Program-made: the position numbers and the translations under genes
Notes under the pieces: generated by a model
The model's database searches: none
Told to the model about the DNA's origin: nothing
What the model saw: the letters and a program-made list of their open reading frames with translations, nothing else
Source: the human T2T-CHM13v2.0 reference genome, Homo sapiens
Assembly: GCF_009914755.1 (NCBI RefSeq)
Contig: NC_060930.1
Reading direction: 5' to 3' (one strand)
Length of the DNA: 64,000 bases
In this document: positions 1 to 14,159 of the stretch, one piece after another
Position numbering within the stretch: the first letter of the stretch is position 1
How the letters are laid out: each line of letters opens with the position of its first letter

Positions 1-59
1 ACACAGATATAACCATCAAGATCTAAATTTCCCCCGTCATTTTGGAGAGAATGTCTTAC

Positions 60-198
60 TGAAAGTCTCATGTGTAGATTTATGATAGAACTTGGCCCAA
101 TATCCTGTCTTAAGGGCATTCCGTTTTGTTTGTCATATTTTTCTGGTTCAGCAGCCGTTACTTTACGTGTTGTCTGTTAATGTATCTGTTAGTATATT
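60..198 (-). pseudogene. Pseudo-exon, 139 nt, (E)YTNRYINRQHVK*RLLNQKNMTNKT(fs)NALKTGYWAKFYHKSTHETF
   Basis: tctttttcag| phase 1 matches the previous donor; |gtaaga donor. Confidence 0.55.
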
Positions 199-521
199 CT
201 GAAAAAGACTAAAATTATAGAAAGAATTTTGAAAATAGGAGAAATAATTTCATTTTTAATGAAATAATTGTGCTTTGGAAAAATATGAATAATTGGCTAT
301 CTAGATACCACAGAAGTTATGAGATTTACATAAAATATTTATAGAGTCTAACAATCTTAGATATGATAAAGTCCAACCCTGTTGTTTTACAAATAACAAA
401 GCTGAAAAAAGGACTTGGAAAAAATCACACAGCTGGTTAGTTGTGGGCAATGTGGCTTAGGACAGGGATGCCACACATTCACCACTTCCTCCCTCTACCC
501 AGTACACACTGCTTTCCATAC

Positions 522-724
522 CTATCCATGGCAAAAATTGCTAATCAGTGTTTTTCTTGCTGAACATAGATGTGGCCCGAAACTCATTCTCAACAAAGTG
601 TTCCAGATAGGCCTTGTTATTTGGAATTCATACTTGAGTTGAAGCTATTTGTTAACCCTAGTCTAGATCTTTGTCTCTTGTATTCCAGTTCAGCCTTTTA
701 ATATTTATTATGCCGTAATTTTCA
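522..724 (-). pseudogene. Pseudo-exon, 203 nt, ENYGIINIKRLNWNTRDKDLD*G*QIASTQV*IPNNKAYLEHFVENEFRATSMFSKKNTD*QFLPWI, phase 2-1
   Basis: taacag| and G|gtatgg; no frameshift; in-register antisense ORF 415..642. Confidence 0.6.
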
Positions 725-1368
725 CTGTTATGCAAATAATTTAGATAAAATATCAGTTCTATAATTATAAATGTGTGCAAATTGCACTCATGCATTTTAG
801 GAATAAGTACTTAAGATTTTTGATAACATATACACATTGTGAATATATAACTCATCTTGGCAGTTTTTTCAGAAAAATTTAATGAAAAGAAATAATTCGG
901 GATTAATTGTCATAAAATCTGATTTGAAAGCTTGTTAAGAGCTGTGTTTACTGGATAACATTACAATTATACGCCACACATGGTTTTACTAAAACAAAAT
1001 GTCAAAGTGTTTCAAGAAGAAATCATTGTTTCTTGTTTTCACACTAGTAGCTAAAATAATTCCATAAAGAAGTCTCATGACATTAACATAAAACATCAAA
1101 CACAGTTACAAGGTCTGTCTAAGAAGACATACAGTCTATTCCCTTCACTAATAAGGATTATATACCATGTGTAATAATTTGAAGGCACTTAATAAATCAT
1201 TTTTTAAAATCCAAATCTATCAATTTTTTGTTTATATCCAATCTTGCAAAGGAGAAAAAGGATGTAGTCTATTAAAGGAAGGGATATCAACATACAATAG
1301 GAAAGAAAAACTATAGTGATTATAGCAAGGCAAGGCATCTTAATGGAGAGTGTTTTAAACCAAAACTG

Positions 1369-1791
1369 TGTTACATTCAGCTACATGTGGCCTGAGGATG
1401 CCTCTGTAGTTTCAGTCCTTTCAGAGGGAATTGCAACCTTAGTATGTAAACTAATCTAAAGCCTACTTTAGGAGGTTACTTTTGTAACAAATAGCTGAGT
1501 CTCAGCCAATCAAGCAGCCAAGCTTTAGTCAATCACGGGTTTCCTATTGATTGGATCATGTTCAAACAAGGCAAATGCCTAGCTGTCACCAATCAAGCGG
1601 TAACCAATCAGACTGTTTCTGTACCTCACCTCTATTCTCCATCCATAAAAGCCGCCTTCCCACATTGCTGAGTGGAGCTCTCTGAGCCTCTTCTAGTTCT
1701 AAGGACTGCCAATTCTTGAACTGTTCTTTGCTCAATTAAACACTGTTACATTTAATTCATCTGAAGTTTTCTTTTTGGTTTGTTTTTAACA
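1369..1791 (+). mobile_element. Solo ERV1 LTR, MER57/MER93-like
   Basis: TGTTA...TAACA termini, near-TSD ACTG/CCTG, multiple CCAAT boxes, ATTAAA near the 3' end. Confidence 0.7.
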
Positions 1792-2602
1792 CCTGAATTC
1801 ATGTTATCTAGTGATCTGTGTTAACCCAAAACTAAAATTATGACTCCAACTAAAGTCCCAAACCTACTGAAGCCCTGATAGTGGAATGAGAGGGGAATGC
1901 CTGTCACTTAAACCTCCTTTTATCTGGTACTTTTATAGCTGAAAAGAGTAGAATATTTTTTTAAAAAAACATATTTTTCTACCTAACAATTGTTTTATTC
2001 CAAAATGAAATAATAATATTCAAAAATAAAAAATATTCAGAGAAAATTTGTGCTGAATATACAAACTAATTAATTGAGCAGCTGAAATTCTGCTTCAGAA
2101 AACCAGGGCTAAAAATTTAAGCGTGGACAGGAATCAGGATTAGTTAGTTGGAGGGAATAATTTAGAAACACTGCTGCCAAGGTAACCTTTTCCTAATTTG
2201 AGGAAGATCATCACATTCCTCATATGCAGTGTTGATAAATAGTGGCAAGAGATGGAGTGAGGAGGGTTATGAAAGTTAGTTATTTTCCTCTGAAGTCTTA
2301 AGTAGGTTGTTACTCACATGAAGTCCTTGATCCCTCCATGAGATAGATAGACAAGGTATTTTCTCCAGAGTTATTCTGACTCTAAGATACAGAATTTTAC
2401 CTCTGAAGTGAAATTAAAAGGTGACTGATAATGTTAGTAGATTTGTGAGCAGAGAAGAAAGTTGTACGCAGATTTTTTATATCTTATTAAATCATTTTTG
2501 AATACAGCTTTCATAAAATCCCTTTGGAAGAAACTGCTAGTTTTCATCAAAATCCACTTTCGCTTTCTTCCACGACAAAATATTGTCGTTGGGCACATAG
2601 TC

Positions 2603-2990
2603 TAGCTGGGAAGACACTTCCCAGACTCTTTCGCAGCCCAGTCTGGCCATGTACATAGAGTTCTCTCCACTGCAATGTAAATAGAGATGATGTGAGCCAT
2701 TTCCTTGTCTTTGTTTTGTTTTAATACTGGTATTTATTATTTTTTCTCCTGTCCTGTGCACTGGAATGCACATACCTGTGACCCAGTTTTTAGCATACAG
2801 ATGAGGACAATGCCCTGGGGGAAGACAGAATAATAAGGTAAAAGAGACCTGGGTCCCTGAATCACTGTGCGGATCTGAGATTTCTCAACAATATGGTTTA
2901 TCTAAGGATTGTTATGTGAGGGAAGAATAAATTAATTTTTTCTTTAAGTCAAAATATTTGGGAGCTTCTTTGTTGTAGTAGCTTTTATAC
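2603..2990 (+). mobile_element. ERVL LTR16-like fragment
   Basis: cagatgaggacaatgccctggggg...cctgggtccctgaat resembles recalled LTR16A consensus. Confidence 0.55.
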
Positions 2991-3028
2991 TAAAAGATTT
3001 TCTGCAGATATTTTTAAATTATTATAAA

Positions 3029-3052
3029 GTGTGTGTGTGTGTGTGTGTGTGT
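3029..3052. repeat. (GT)12 microsatellite
   Basis: Direct reading. Confidence 0.95.
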
Positions 3053-4056
3053 ATGTTTAAGTTAGATGTATAGATATAAATGAAAAAACAGTGACTATCC
3101 CTGTACCCTTCACTTATAATAAAACATTACCAACATGGCTATATCTCTTGCATACTCTATATTAGTCCAAATTTTCCCTTCCCTCAACTTCCAAAGTTAC
3201 CATCAAGTAATCTTGAATTCGATGTTTATTATTACCACACGTTTTCATAGTTTTACTGAATATGTATTTTCCAATATATAATGTGTAGCTTTATTTGCAT
3301 GTTTTAGAATATTATTCAAATGTTATCTTTATCTGCTTGGAATCTTAGTTGCAAACACAAAAGAATCTACTTTGGCTACTTTAACTACAAAAGTAATTTA
3401 TCATAGAATATTATGTAGTTCATAGACTCTCTAAGATCCTAAGAAAGTTAGAGTCTGAAAATATACAGTCCAACACATCACAAAATCTTATCTAATAAAA
3501 ACACTCATGCTTCTAATCAGCAACCATGAAGCTGTGGGATGTAGAGGAAATATTTTTGTTTCTGCACTGTCTGGGCTTTCTGAATATATTTCCTGAAAAC
3601 TCAGCATCTTGGGATAAGAGCCAGGCTTGGGAAGTTAATTTACAGTGGAGTAGATAGTGAGAGAAGTCCAGAGAGATTTAGCTAACTCTGGGTAGTTTAC
3701 ATTTTAAGAGAAAATGAGTCCCAGGACCTTGGAGAAATCCATAGCTTACAAAAAACCAGAGAGATATGCAAGGCTTATGCAGCCCCTGTAAAGATGTATG
3801 TGCATTCCAGAAGGTGAGAGTGAGTACTCAGGATCCTTTGCACTCCATCTCTGCAGGGCAAAGGTTTTTCCCCCTTTCTGGAGGGAAGGGGGAAACAGCT
3901 GTCTCTTCCTCCTGTATGGAAGAAGAGAATTCATTTTTCTCACTGAGAAACTATTTAGCTACTCATATACAAGATTTTTCCACCTGGCTTTCATCATATC
4001 ACCCCAGAGGTAAGGACTAAAGTAAGGGAGAATCACATGCTTATTTATTGTAAGGT

Positions 4057-4058
4057 AA

Positions 4059-4093
<35 letters not shown>

Positions 4094-4095
4094 AT
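4057..4095. repeat. (AATA)n tetranucleotide repeat
   Basis: Direct reading, about 10 units. Confidence 0.95.
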
Positions 4096-4249
4096 CTCTG
4101 ATCCAGAAAACTTCAGGTGCACATTCAGAATAAAACTAATAAAGATGAATAAAACAATCCCAACAATGTCTGGGACCAGATGCTAGAAATTCTCACACTG
4201 CTTCTCCCTAAAAGCACTATACGTCACCTCTCTAGTAGCCAGATGCTTA

Positions 4250-4650
4250 TGTCAGATTACTGGGGAAACCGGCTCTGAGGTAGAGATTTCTGTGCAAGGA
4301 GTTTATCAGAAAACACTCTCAGGAACAACACCTGTAAGAGAGTGAAGGCAGTAACATTGGGTAGAGAGAGAAAACTGTACCAGAGGCCATAGTTAAGCCC
4401 TTAGGGAGCTTTGAACATTCAGAGTTATCCCCAATTTAGACCAAGAGGTTGGCCCCCCAAATTTACCAGTCATTAGATATGAGCTGTCTGGAGAGGGGAC
4501 AGAGACAGGTTTTCTTTGGCTGCCCTCCAAGAACAAGACTCAGAGACAGACTAAGCTGATTGCTATCAGCAGCAACACTCATGGCAACTGCAAGATGAGT
4601 GCCTTAACCTTGAAGAGGGAATCTTGGCAGTCCCCTATGACATCAACCAT
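4250..4650 (-). mobile_element. Ancient ERVL-class LTR (LTR33/LTR41-like)
   Basis: ctctgaggtagagatttctgtgcaaggagtttat...caacacctgt resembles recalled consensus. Confidence 0.4.
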
Positions 4651-4989
4651 AACAAATCACATCTTCCAAATGTGGCTATCTCCTCACATTCTCACATTGC
4701 TCACTTCTAAATCTAAGACCTGCATGGATGTATCTGATGGAAGGACTTTCAGAAGCATGGTAGTCAGAAAAGGCATATCTAAATCCACGTGTGTATTCCA
4801 GTAAGAGCAAAGGGCTTTCCTGTCCACGATAGAAAGTGCCCATCATATTAATATGTTATCAACTGGCTGCCAATCCTCCAGAGTATGAAACTGTAGTTTG
4901 ATAGGTCAGGAAATGGGAAGTGGGGAGGGAGGTGGTGTCAGCATTGGGTACTACCACTGAAAACCTAGGTACTTAGCAGTGTCAGTAAC

Positions 4990-5067
4990 CTGGTGAGCTC
5001 TTATGAAGGAACATCCATGTTGAGCTGGAAAGCCTTCATATTAGAAAAGATTTACAGTCATTTCAGA
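4990..5067 (-). pseudogene. Pseudo-exon, 78 nt, SEMTVNLF*YEGFPAQHGCSFIRAHQ, phase 0-0
   Basis: ctctcaccgatag| and CAG|gttact. Confidence 0.6.
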
Positions 5068-5400
5068 CTATCGGTGAGAGTAGACACAGACATAAGTAAA
5101 ATAAGGTTTACTTATCTAAGTAAGACATTCTTATCCTACTATAGAAAAAAGTTAGTGCAATCAGAATATGGCAAAGGGATCAGGACAATTGTCCTTTAAT
5201 AAATGTTGGTATGTTGGTATAAATGTCCATGTTCCCCTAAAAAAGAAAATAATTGCAGGTGAAAAATCTGATTGAAACTTATGTCAAGGTTTCTGGAAGC
5301 CCAAATGCTCCTCTTCCACCCCAGTCGAATATATTTAAACCTAGAGAAGTTCTTCACACAGACTAATCTGGATAAGTGCCAGTGACTATACTACCCAAAC

Positions 5401-5639
5401 CTGGTAGATTATATTAATCTGGATGCTATACAACATAAAATATAAGACTAGATTACAGTATAGTTCAATCTGCAATTCCATTATCAAGGACTCGTTGATC
5501 ACCCTTGGCATCTCTAGTTTTAGTGCCCTCCTGAAATCAGGGTTAAGAAACTGGAGCAATGTTGTATCTATTGAAGCTATTCCTGTTGACCCTGAAAGTG
5601 TACTGCTGTCTCTGCTGGGTGGAAGCAACTCTTTCAGAA
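5401..5639 (-). pseudogene. Pseudo-exon, 239 nt, (V)LKELLPPSRDSSTLSGSTGIASIDTTLLQFLNPDFRRALKLEMPRVINESLIMELQIELYCNLVLYFMLYSIQINIIYQ, phase 1-0
   Basis: actag| and CAG|gtttgg; 79 codons with no stop or frameshift (ORF 5386..5628). Confidence 0.7.
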
Positions 5640-5737
5640 CTAGTTATTGAAATGAGGGGTGGGGATGGGAGTGGTGAGAATAGCATTTTTCAGATCAATC
5701 AACTATGAAGGGCGTGTTAATTTGATCTGGTAAAGAC

Positions 5738-6143
5738 TGTGTTAGTCTGGTCTTATGTTGCTATAAATAAATGCCTGAGACTGGGTAATTTATAAAGAAA
5801 AGAGTTTTGGCTCACAATTCCACAGGCTGTACAGGAATCATGGCTGGGGAAGCTTCAGGCAGCTTTCACTCATGGCAGAAGGCAAAGCTGGAGCAGGCAT
5901 CTTCACATGGCTGGAGCAGAAGGAAGGGGAGGTGGTGTGGAGGTGCCACATACTTTTAAACAAACAGATCTCGTGAGAACCCTATCACGAGACAGCTGGA
6001 CTGTCACGAGACTAGAGGGATGGTGCTAAACCCTTAGAAACTATCTCCATGATTCAATCACCTCCCACCAGGATCCACCTTCAATATTGGGGATTACAAT
6101 TTGGCATGACATTTGGGCAGGAACACAGATCCCAACCATCTCA
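5738..6143 (-). mobile_element. MSTA-like MaLR solo LTR
   Basis: TG...CA ends, ctgagactgggtaatttataaagaaaagag motif, near-TSD AAGAC/GAGAC. Confidence 0.85.
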
Positions 6144-6764
6144 GAGACTACATCTACAATGGAGTTACCAATTTACTAAGCCTACATACATAACCTTTAT
6201 TCTCCAAGACCCAAGTAAAACAGGTAAGCTAAATGAGCCTGTAATAAAAATAGCCACATCTTCATCTTACAGTTTTTGATAGTGGAATGAGTCTCTATAG
6301 TTCCCTGGAGTTGTAGTACTTCTTACATTTTGGCAGGGAATTAGTATTGCAGTGTCTACTGCTTGACTCTTCTTCCATTTTCTTCATGTCATTTTGGAAA
6401 TGTGCTGAGTATATCTAATCTAACAATAATTCTTAAACAGGAGGTAAATAGTAGGAGGCTAAGTTTTCACCTGATAGGCCCACTGTGACATGGTCTTGAG
6501 CCAAAAGTCCATTTATTTCCATTTAGTAAACCCTAGATGTAGTTTTATTTATTTTTATTTAATCTTCACAACCAGTATTAAGCCCGTATTAAGTTCACTT
6601 GTCTGAAGTCAGAAAGTTGGAAAACTAGGGCCATAACTCAAGTTTCCTGATGCTTAGTTCTTTTCTCTTTCACTTTATCAAGCATTAGTGATGACTAATT
6701 ATTATGACTTTTGACCCTAGAGAAGAAGGGCCATTTACATGTAATATGATGTAGTCTTAAGTAC

Positions 6765-7034
6765 CAGGAAAGCCAAAATAAGGTTACATCTTTTCCAATA
6801 AGTGCTCCAGTCAGAACACCATTTACATGTCTTTATCATCTTCCATTGAGAAGAGTAATAAAAATGGGAGAACTCCTGATCTATAAATGATGTTCAGCCT
6901 GAAGATTTTTCTAATTAAAATTTCACACATAAGAATGAATATCTCTAACTTTCATGACAAGATGTTGACTTGATGATGCCTACTGCAATTGTGCCTTTTT
7001 AGTCTGACTGGCAGCCTCTATCCAGTGCAAGTTC
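6765..7034 (-). pseudogene. Pseudo-exon, 270 nt, NLHWIEAASQTKKAQLQ*...HVNGVLTGALIGKDVT(fs)YFGFP, phase 2-1
   Basis: ctatag| and G|gtactt; several stops, one inferred frameshift. Confidence 0.5.
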
Positions 7035-7880
7035 CTATAGCACAACTGGGATTTAAACAAGCCCCGTGCCAGAAATATTTACCCCAAAGGTTTCCCCACT
7101 GAGTGCAAAATAAGCTTCCATTTAAGCAGCTCTATTTCAGTTGCTGCCTAATGAAACATTTAACAACAACAAAATGCTTTCTTAGCAAATATGTCATAAT
7201 ATAGAAAGAACTATGGTGCAGAAAGACACATCATTTATGAGAAGCATGGTGCAGACCAGGAGGTGAAATGGGACAGTGATAACAGTTTATAAAAATTATA
7301 AAGAACTTTAAATATCTTTTTAAAAAACCTGAGCAATAGGAGTTTGCTAAGTTTGTATCTTTTATGAGAACAGAAAACTTAGCCAAATTTTAAGGGTGAA
7401 ACGCTCACCCAGGAAAATCTAGTAGAAGAGAAATGGAAAACTCATGTCTTTGAGTAGGAAAACTGATGTTATGAACATATTCAAAAGCAAATTATCCTGG
7501 TAACAGAGCTTTATCATTTTGTATGCCTTTGGATATAGATATGATTCCATATTTCAGACTGGCCCATTCTCCACTTTAAAAAGGAAAGAGAAAAGGAATG
7601 GCAAACTGCTAGGTTGGCTGGGACAAATTATTTCTCAATAAAGAAATTGTTGCCATATGGCATCTCATTGCACTTTGGTGGCCCTTAACTCATGGCATAA
7701 GGGAACATGATAAGAAAAAAAGAAAAAAAGTTATCCTTCTGTAGCTGCTCCCTACTCCATTTCATGAGAACAATTCCCTGTTTTACAACAATGTACCCTT
7801 GAGTAGAAACTATCAAAAATGGCAAAAGGAGTTAAAAATCAATCCAAGGACAAAAAGGGCTTGCTCTCCTACAAAAGCTG

Positions 7881-8060
7881 CACTTCTCCTTGCTGCTGTT
7901 GTGTGAAGAAGGACATGTTTGCTTCCCCTTCCACCATGATCATTAGTTTCCTGAGGCCTCCCCTGCCGTGCTGAACAGTGAGTCCTTTAAACCTCTTTCC
8001 TTTATAAATTACCCAGTCTCAGGTATGTCTTTATTAGCAGCATGAGGATGGACTAATACA
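7881..8060 (+). mobile_element. THE1 LTR, 3' half only
   Basis: tgaggcctcccc...aaacctctttcctttataaattacccagtctcaggtatgtctttattagcagcatgag...gactaataca. Confidence 0.8.
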
Positions 8061-10760
<2,700 letters not shown>

Positions 10761-10939
10761 CAAGAGTATTTTTTAAGAGGAAAAGGATGGTAAATCATTT
10801 GTTATGAGCGGAGCATACTAGAAGCATTTAGATGCACAATGGCTACTCAAGATCCTTGTGTATTGTGGTTTTACATTTTGAATTCAAATGTAAAATCAGA
10901 ATTCATCATCAGAGGACTGATGTCATCTTCATCCCTTAC

Positions 10940-11115
10940 TTCTGTAAGCCAAAGTTTCTTCAATGGAGAGCAACTGTGCAGTCGTAGAAGGCAGCTACTG
11001 TGATGTCATTAAGATGTTTTTCATACCAGTGCCCCTTTCTTCTGAGAAAATTGGAGACCCACTTCTCTGACAATAACTAGATGAAATGTTTTGTCCTAAA
11101 GAACTGTCTTGCCTC
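10940..11115 (-). pseudogene. Pseudo-exon, 176 nt, EARQFFRTKHFI*LLSEKWVSNFLRRKGHWYEKHLNDITVAAFYDCTVALH*RNFGLQ(K), phase 0-2
   Basis: Long pyrimidine tract plus cag| after a ~94-nt intron; |gtaagg donor; no frameshift. Confidence 0.7.
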
Positions 11116-11209
11116 CTGGACAAACATAGGAGAAAAGAGGGAGAAAGACAGGAAAGGAGAAGGGCCTCAAGTGAAATACACTAGCGTAGTCACTGCTGTT
11201 TATCCTCCA

Positions 11210-11464
11210 CTGCATAAAATCCTCTTGGCACAGCGCACCATGCATGCACAGCTGCATGTATTTCTGATTCAGCTTGCACTGGCAGCTGTTTTCTTCCTGC
11301 ATCTTGCTGATCTCCTATATTATCTTCTCAGGCTCCAGGAGAAGCTCAAGATCTTTATACTCCCTGTATGTACAACTTACCTCTAGAAATTCCTTCTTTC
11401 TTTCTGTTTAGTCTGGTCAATGAACTTTTTATTTCAATTACTTTTTTCCTGGGTCCAGCACATC
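11210..11464 (-). pseudogene. Pseudo-exon, 255 nt, DVLDP...KKEFLEVSCTYREYKDLELLLEPEKII*EISKMQEENSCQCKLNQKYMQLCMHGALCQEDFMQ, phase 0-0
   Basis: Strong acceptor ttttttcctactcag|; donor degenerate (CAG|tggagg); helical/coiled-coil-like; in-register antisense ORF 11081..11386. Confidence 0.65.
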
Positions 11465-11742
11465 CTGAGTAGGAAAAAAGTAATTGAAAGACCTTAGCCA
11501 TGGTCTCAAGACCTTGGCTATGGTCTTGAGAAACTGGTAGCTGCCAATATGGGTCTCTTCCTTGGCAGAGCTGGCTGGCAAAGAGGTTTTGCAGCATATT
11601 GGCCTTACTCCTGGCTTAGAGTTAAGCTGTCCCAGGATTAGCTTAAGATTGAGAAAAGTGGGTGAGAAACTTGGTCCAAATCACCTCAAAAGAAAGTCAC
11701 TTCCAAAGTCCACCTGACTAACCAATCTTTATAATGGAATCA

Positions 11743-12151
<409 letters not shown>

Positions 12152-12305
12152 CTCACAATGCTAGACAAAAAGTTCAAAATTTTAAAATGAGAAAAAGGGA
12201 AAAAAAGAAAACAGAAAAGAAAGAGAAAATAATAAATAAAAAATGAAGAGAGAAACAAAAAATAGTAAAATGATAAAAAGTTTAAAAAGAAATAATATTC
12301 CGTCA

Positions 12306-12480
12306 AGGCGGTTCACGCCTATAATTCCAGCACTTTGGGAGGCCAAGGCAGGTGGATTGCTTGAGCCCAGGAGTTCAAGACTAACCTGGCAACAGGGCAA
12401 AACCGTGTCTCTACCCAAAACACAAAAACTACCCAGTCTTATAACCTAATCTCTAAATAAATAAATAAATAGATTTAAAA
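12306..12480 (+). mobile_element. Alu left monomer (FLAM/AluJ-like) with atypical tail
   Basis: ggattgcttgagcccaggagttcaag; flanking repeat tttaaaaagaaat at 12281-12293 and 12484-12496. Confidence 0.75.
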
Positions 12481-12692
12481 TGTTTTAAAAAGAAATGACA
12501 ATAATAAACAAAATAAACAAAACCTCCACAATGCCAAGAAGGAAATAAGCCAACTTTCCTCCTGAGGGTCAAACCTATTCAAGTCACTGAAAACTGGGTT
12601 CTTAAATCATGGAAACATTTGAATGGGAGGGTGGAATTTCACAACAATGGCACAACAATAAGCATGGACCCTTCAAGTCTGGGGATAATCCA

Positions 12693-13000
12693 CAGTGGCT
12701 TCCTTGAATTTTAGTCCCAAGAACACTTTACTGTTTTAAAAAAACTATTATCAGGTACTATGCTCATTACCTGGGTGACAAAATGATCTGTACATGAAAC
12801 CCCCATGACATGCAAACTACCCACATAACAAACCTGCATATGTTCCCCCTGAACCTAAAATAAAAGTTAGAAAAAAAAAAAAAAACTAAAAACTAAATAA
12901 ATAAAAACAAAATAAAATAAATTTATTGAAGACCCCAAGGAGCATTTTGTTTATATGGGTTATAGCTATCAATATTTACTTTATTGGAAATTAAAACCTG
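12693..13000 (+). mobile_element. Charlie1-like hAT end interrupted by an L1P 3' end (about 12743-12922)
   Basis: ttattgaagaccccaaggagcattttgtttatatgggttata matches recalled Charlie1; L1 tail ctgaacctaaaataaaagtt plus poly(A). Confidence 0.65.
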
Positions 13001-13209
13001 CAGCATGTTTCAGTGACATCTTCATTTTCAGTTTGAAAAGATATTATAACTTTTGGCTTTTAAACAGCTCATAATGTCTATACTTAAAATATTCTATTTC
13101 TTTCTCTTTAAACTGTTTGTTCCAAAACAATGCCAATGTTTTTAGTTGACATTATAAAATTATACAAAAATGTTCTGCTGTGTAAGACACATCAAGGTAT
13201 ATTACTAAC

Positions 13210-13358
13210 ATCTATGAAGCTGAGGGGAAGCTGGGTTTCGTCATATTTTCATTTCTTATTAACTGTTTTCCTCAGTTTCTTTGGAATAGATTTCTCCTTC
13301 CCACAAGTCATTGAACTCACTATCTACCTTTCTGTATCTTGAAATGCAGAGGTAATAG
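13210..13358 (-). pseudogene. Pseudo-exon, 149 nt, YYLCISRYRKVDSEFNDLWEGEIY(fs)KKLRKTVNKK*KYDETQLPLSFID, phase 2-0
   Basis: cctacag| and |gttagt; one frameshift, one TGA. Confidence 0.65.
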
Positions 13359-13578
13359 CTGTAGGTTGACAAAGCAAGTCTTCTACTCTTTCCTTTTGAA
13401 AACTAACCATCTATTAAGCTGCACGCAGGCTGGGCAGCACAGTCTGGGTGCTAGATATGGTACTGGTACCTCAGGAGATGGAAGTAAAGATGCTCCCATA
13501 GGATTTTTTTTTAATTGTTCGTAGAAGTAGTATAGGAAATATAGGAAAGTGCACAAATAATCAGTGGACAGGTCGGTA

Positions 13579-14130
13579 TGTGTGGTGTTTCGTTTTCTGT
13601 TCTTGCATTAGTTTGCTGAGGATAACAGCTTCCAATTCCATCCATGTCCCTGCAAAGGACATAATCTCATTCCTTTTTATGGCTACATAGTTTTCCATGG
13701 TGTGTATGTACCACCTTTTCTTTATCCAGTCTATCATTGACATACATGCTTTTCTTTTGGCTATATACCTAGATATTACTTGCGGGCTTATAAGATACGC
13801 ATATTTTTAATTTTAGTAGATACTGCAGTTTGTACCAGCTTACACACTAATTCTGTTTCTTCTCTAATACCCAGTATTGCTTGCCTTTAAAATTTTAACC
13901 TTTCTGTGAAATGTAGGGGTATAGCATTGTAGTTTTAATTTGTATTTCTCTAGTATCTAATGAACTAGAGCACAGTTTCATGTTGTTACTGGCCATTCAT
14001 CTTATTTCTATGAAGTACTTTTTCAAGTATTTTGCCCATTTTTCTATTGGGTTGCCTGTTTCTCTTTCTGGCTTGGAGGTATGCTATTCTTTATGTATTT
14101 TGGATATAAATTTATTGTCAGATATGGTTC
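13579..14130 (-). mobile_element. L1 fragments (L1PA ORF2 C-terminus 13579-13741, older L1M beyond)
   Basis: ORF 13561..13743 reads WIKK.WYIHTME.Y.AIKRNEIMSFAGTWMELE, the L1 ORF2p C-terminus. Confidence 0.8.
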
Positions 14131-14159
14131 TGAATGCATTCCCTCTCCTCCCTACCCAT

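Larger units (their letters stand above)
2401..4890 (-). pseudogene. Pseudo-exon interrupted by a ~2.16-kb insert (coding parts 4761-4890 and 2401-2597)
   Basis: FHTLEDWQPVDN(fs)INMMGTFYRGQESPLLLLEYTRGFRYAFSD/YVPNDNILSWKKAKVDFDEN*QFLPKGFYES...; acceptor has a CTGAC branch point; donor AG|gtaaaa at 2399-2400. Confidence 0.5.

Noticed and set aside
13561-13743. ORFs with L1 ORF2p motifs (also 20768, 30289, 49528, 49679)
   Set aside because: Fragments of truncated L1 elements with no autonomous coding capacity
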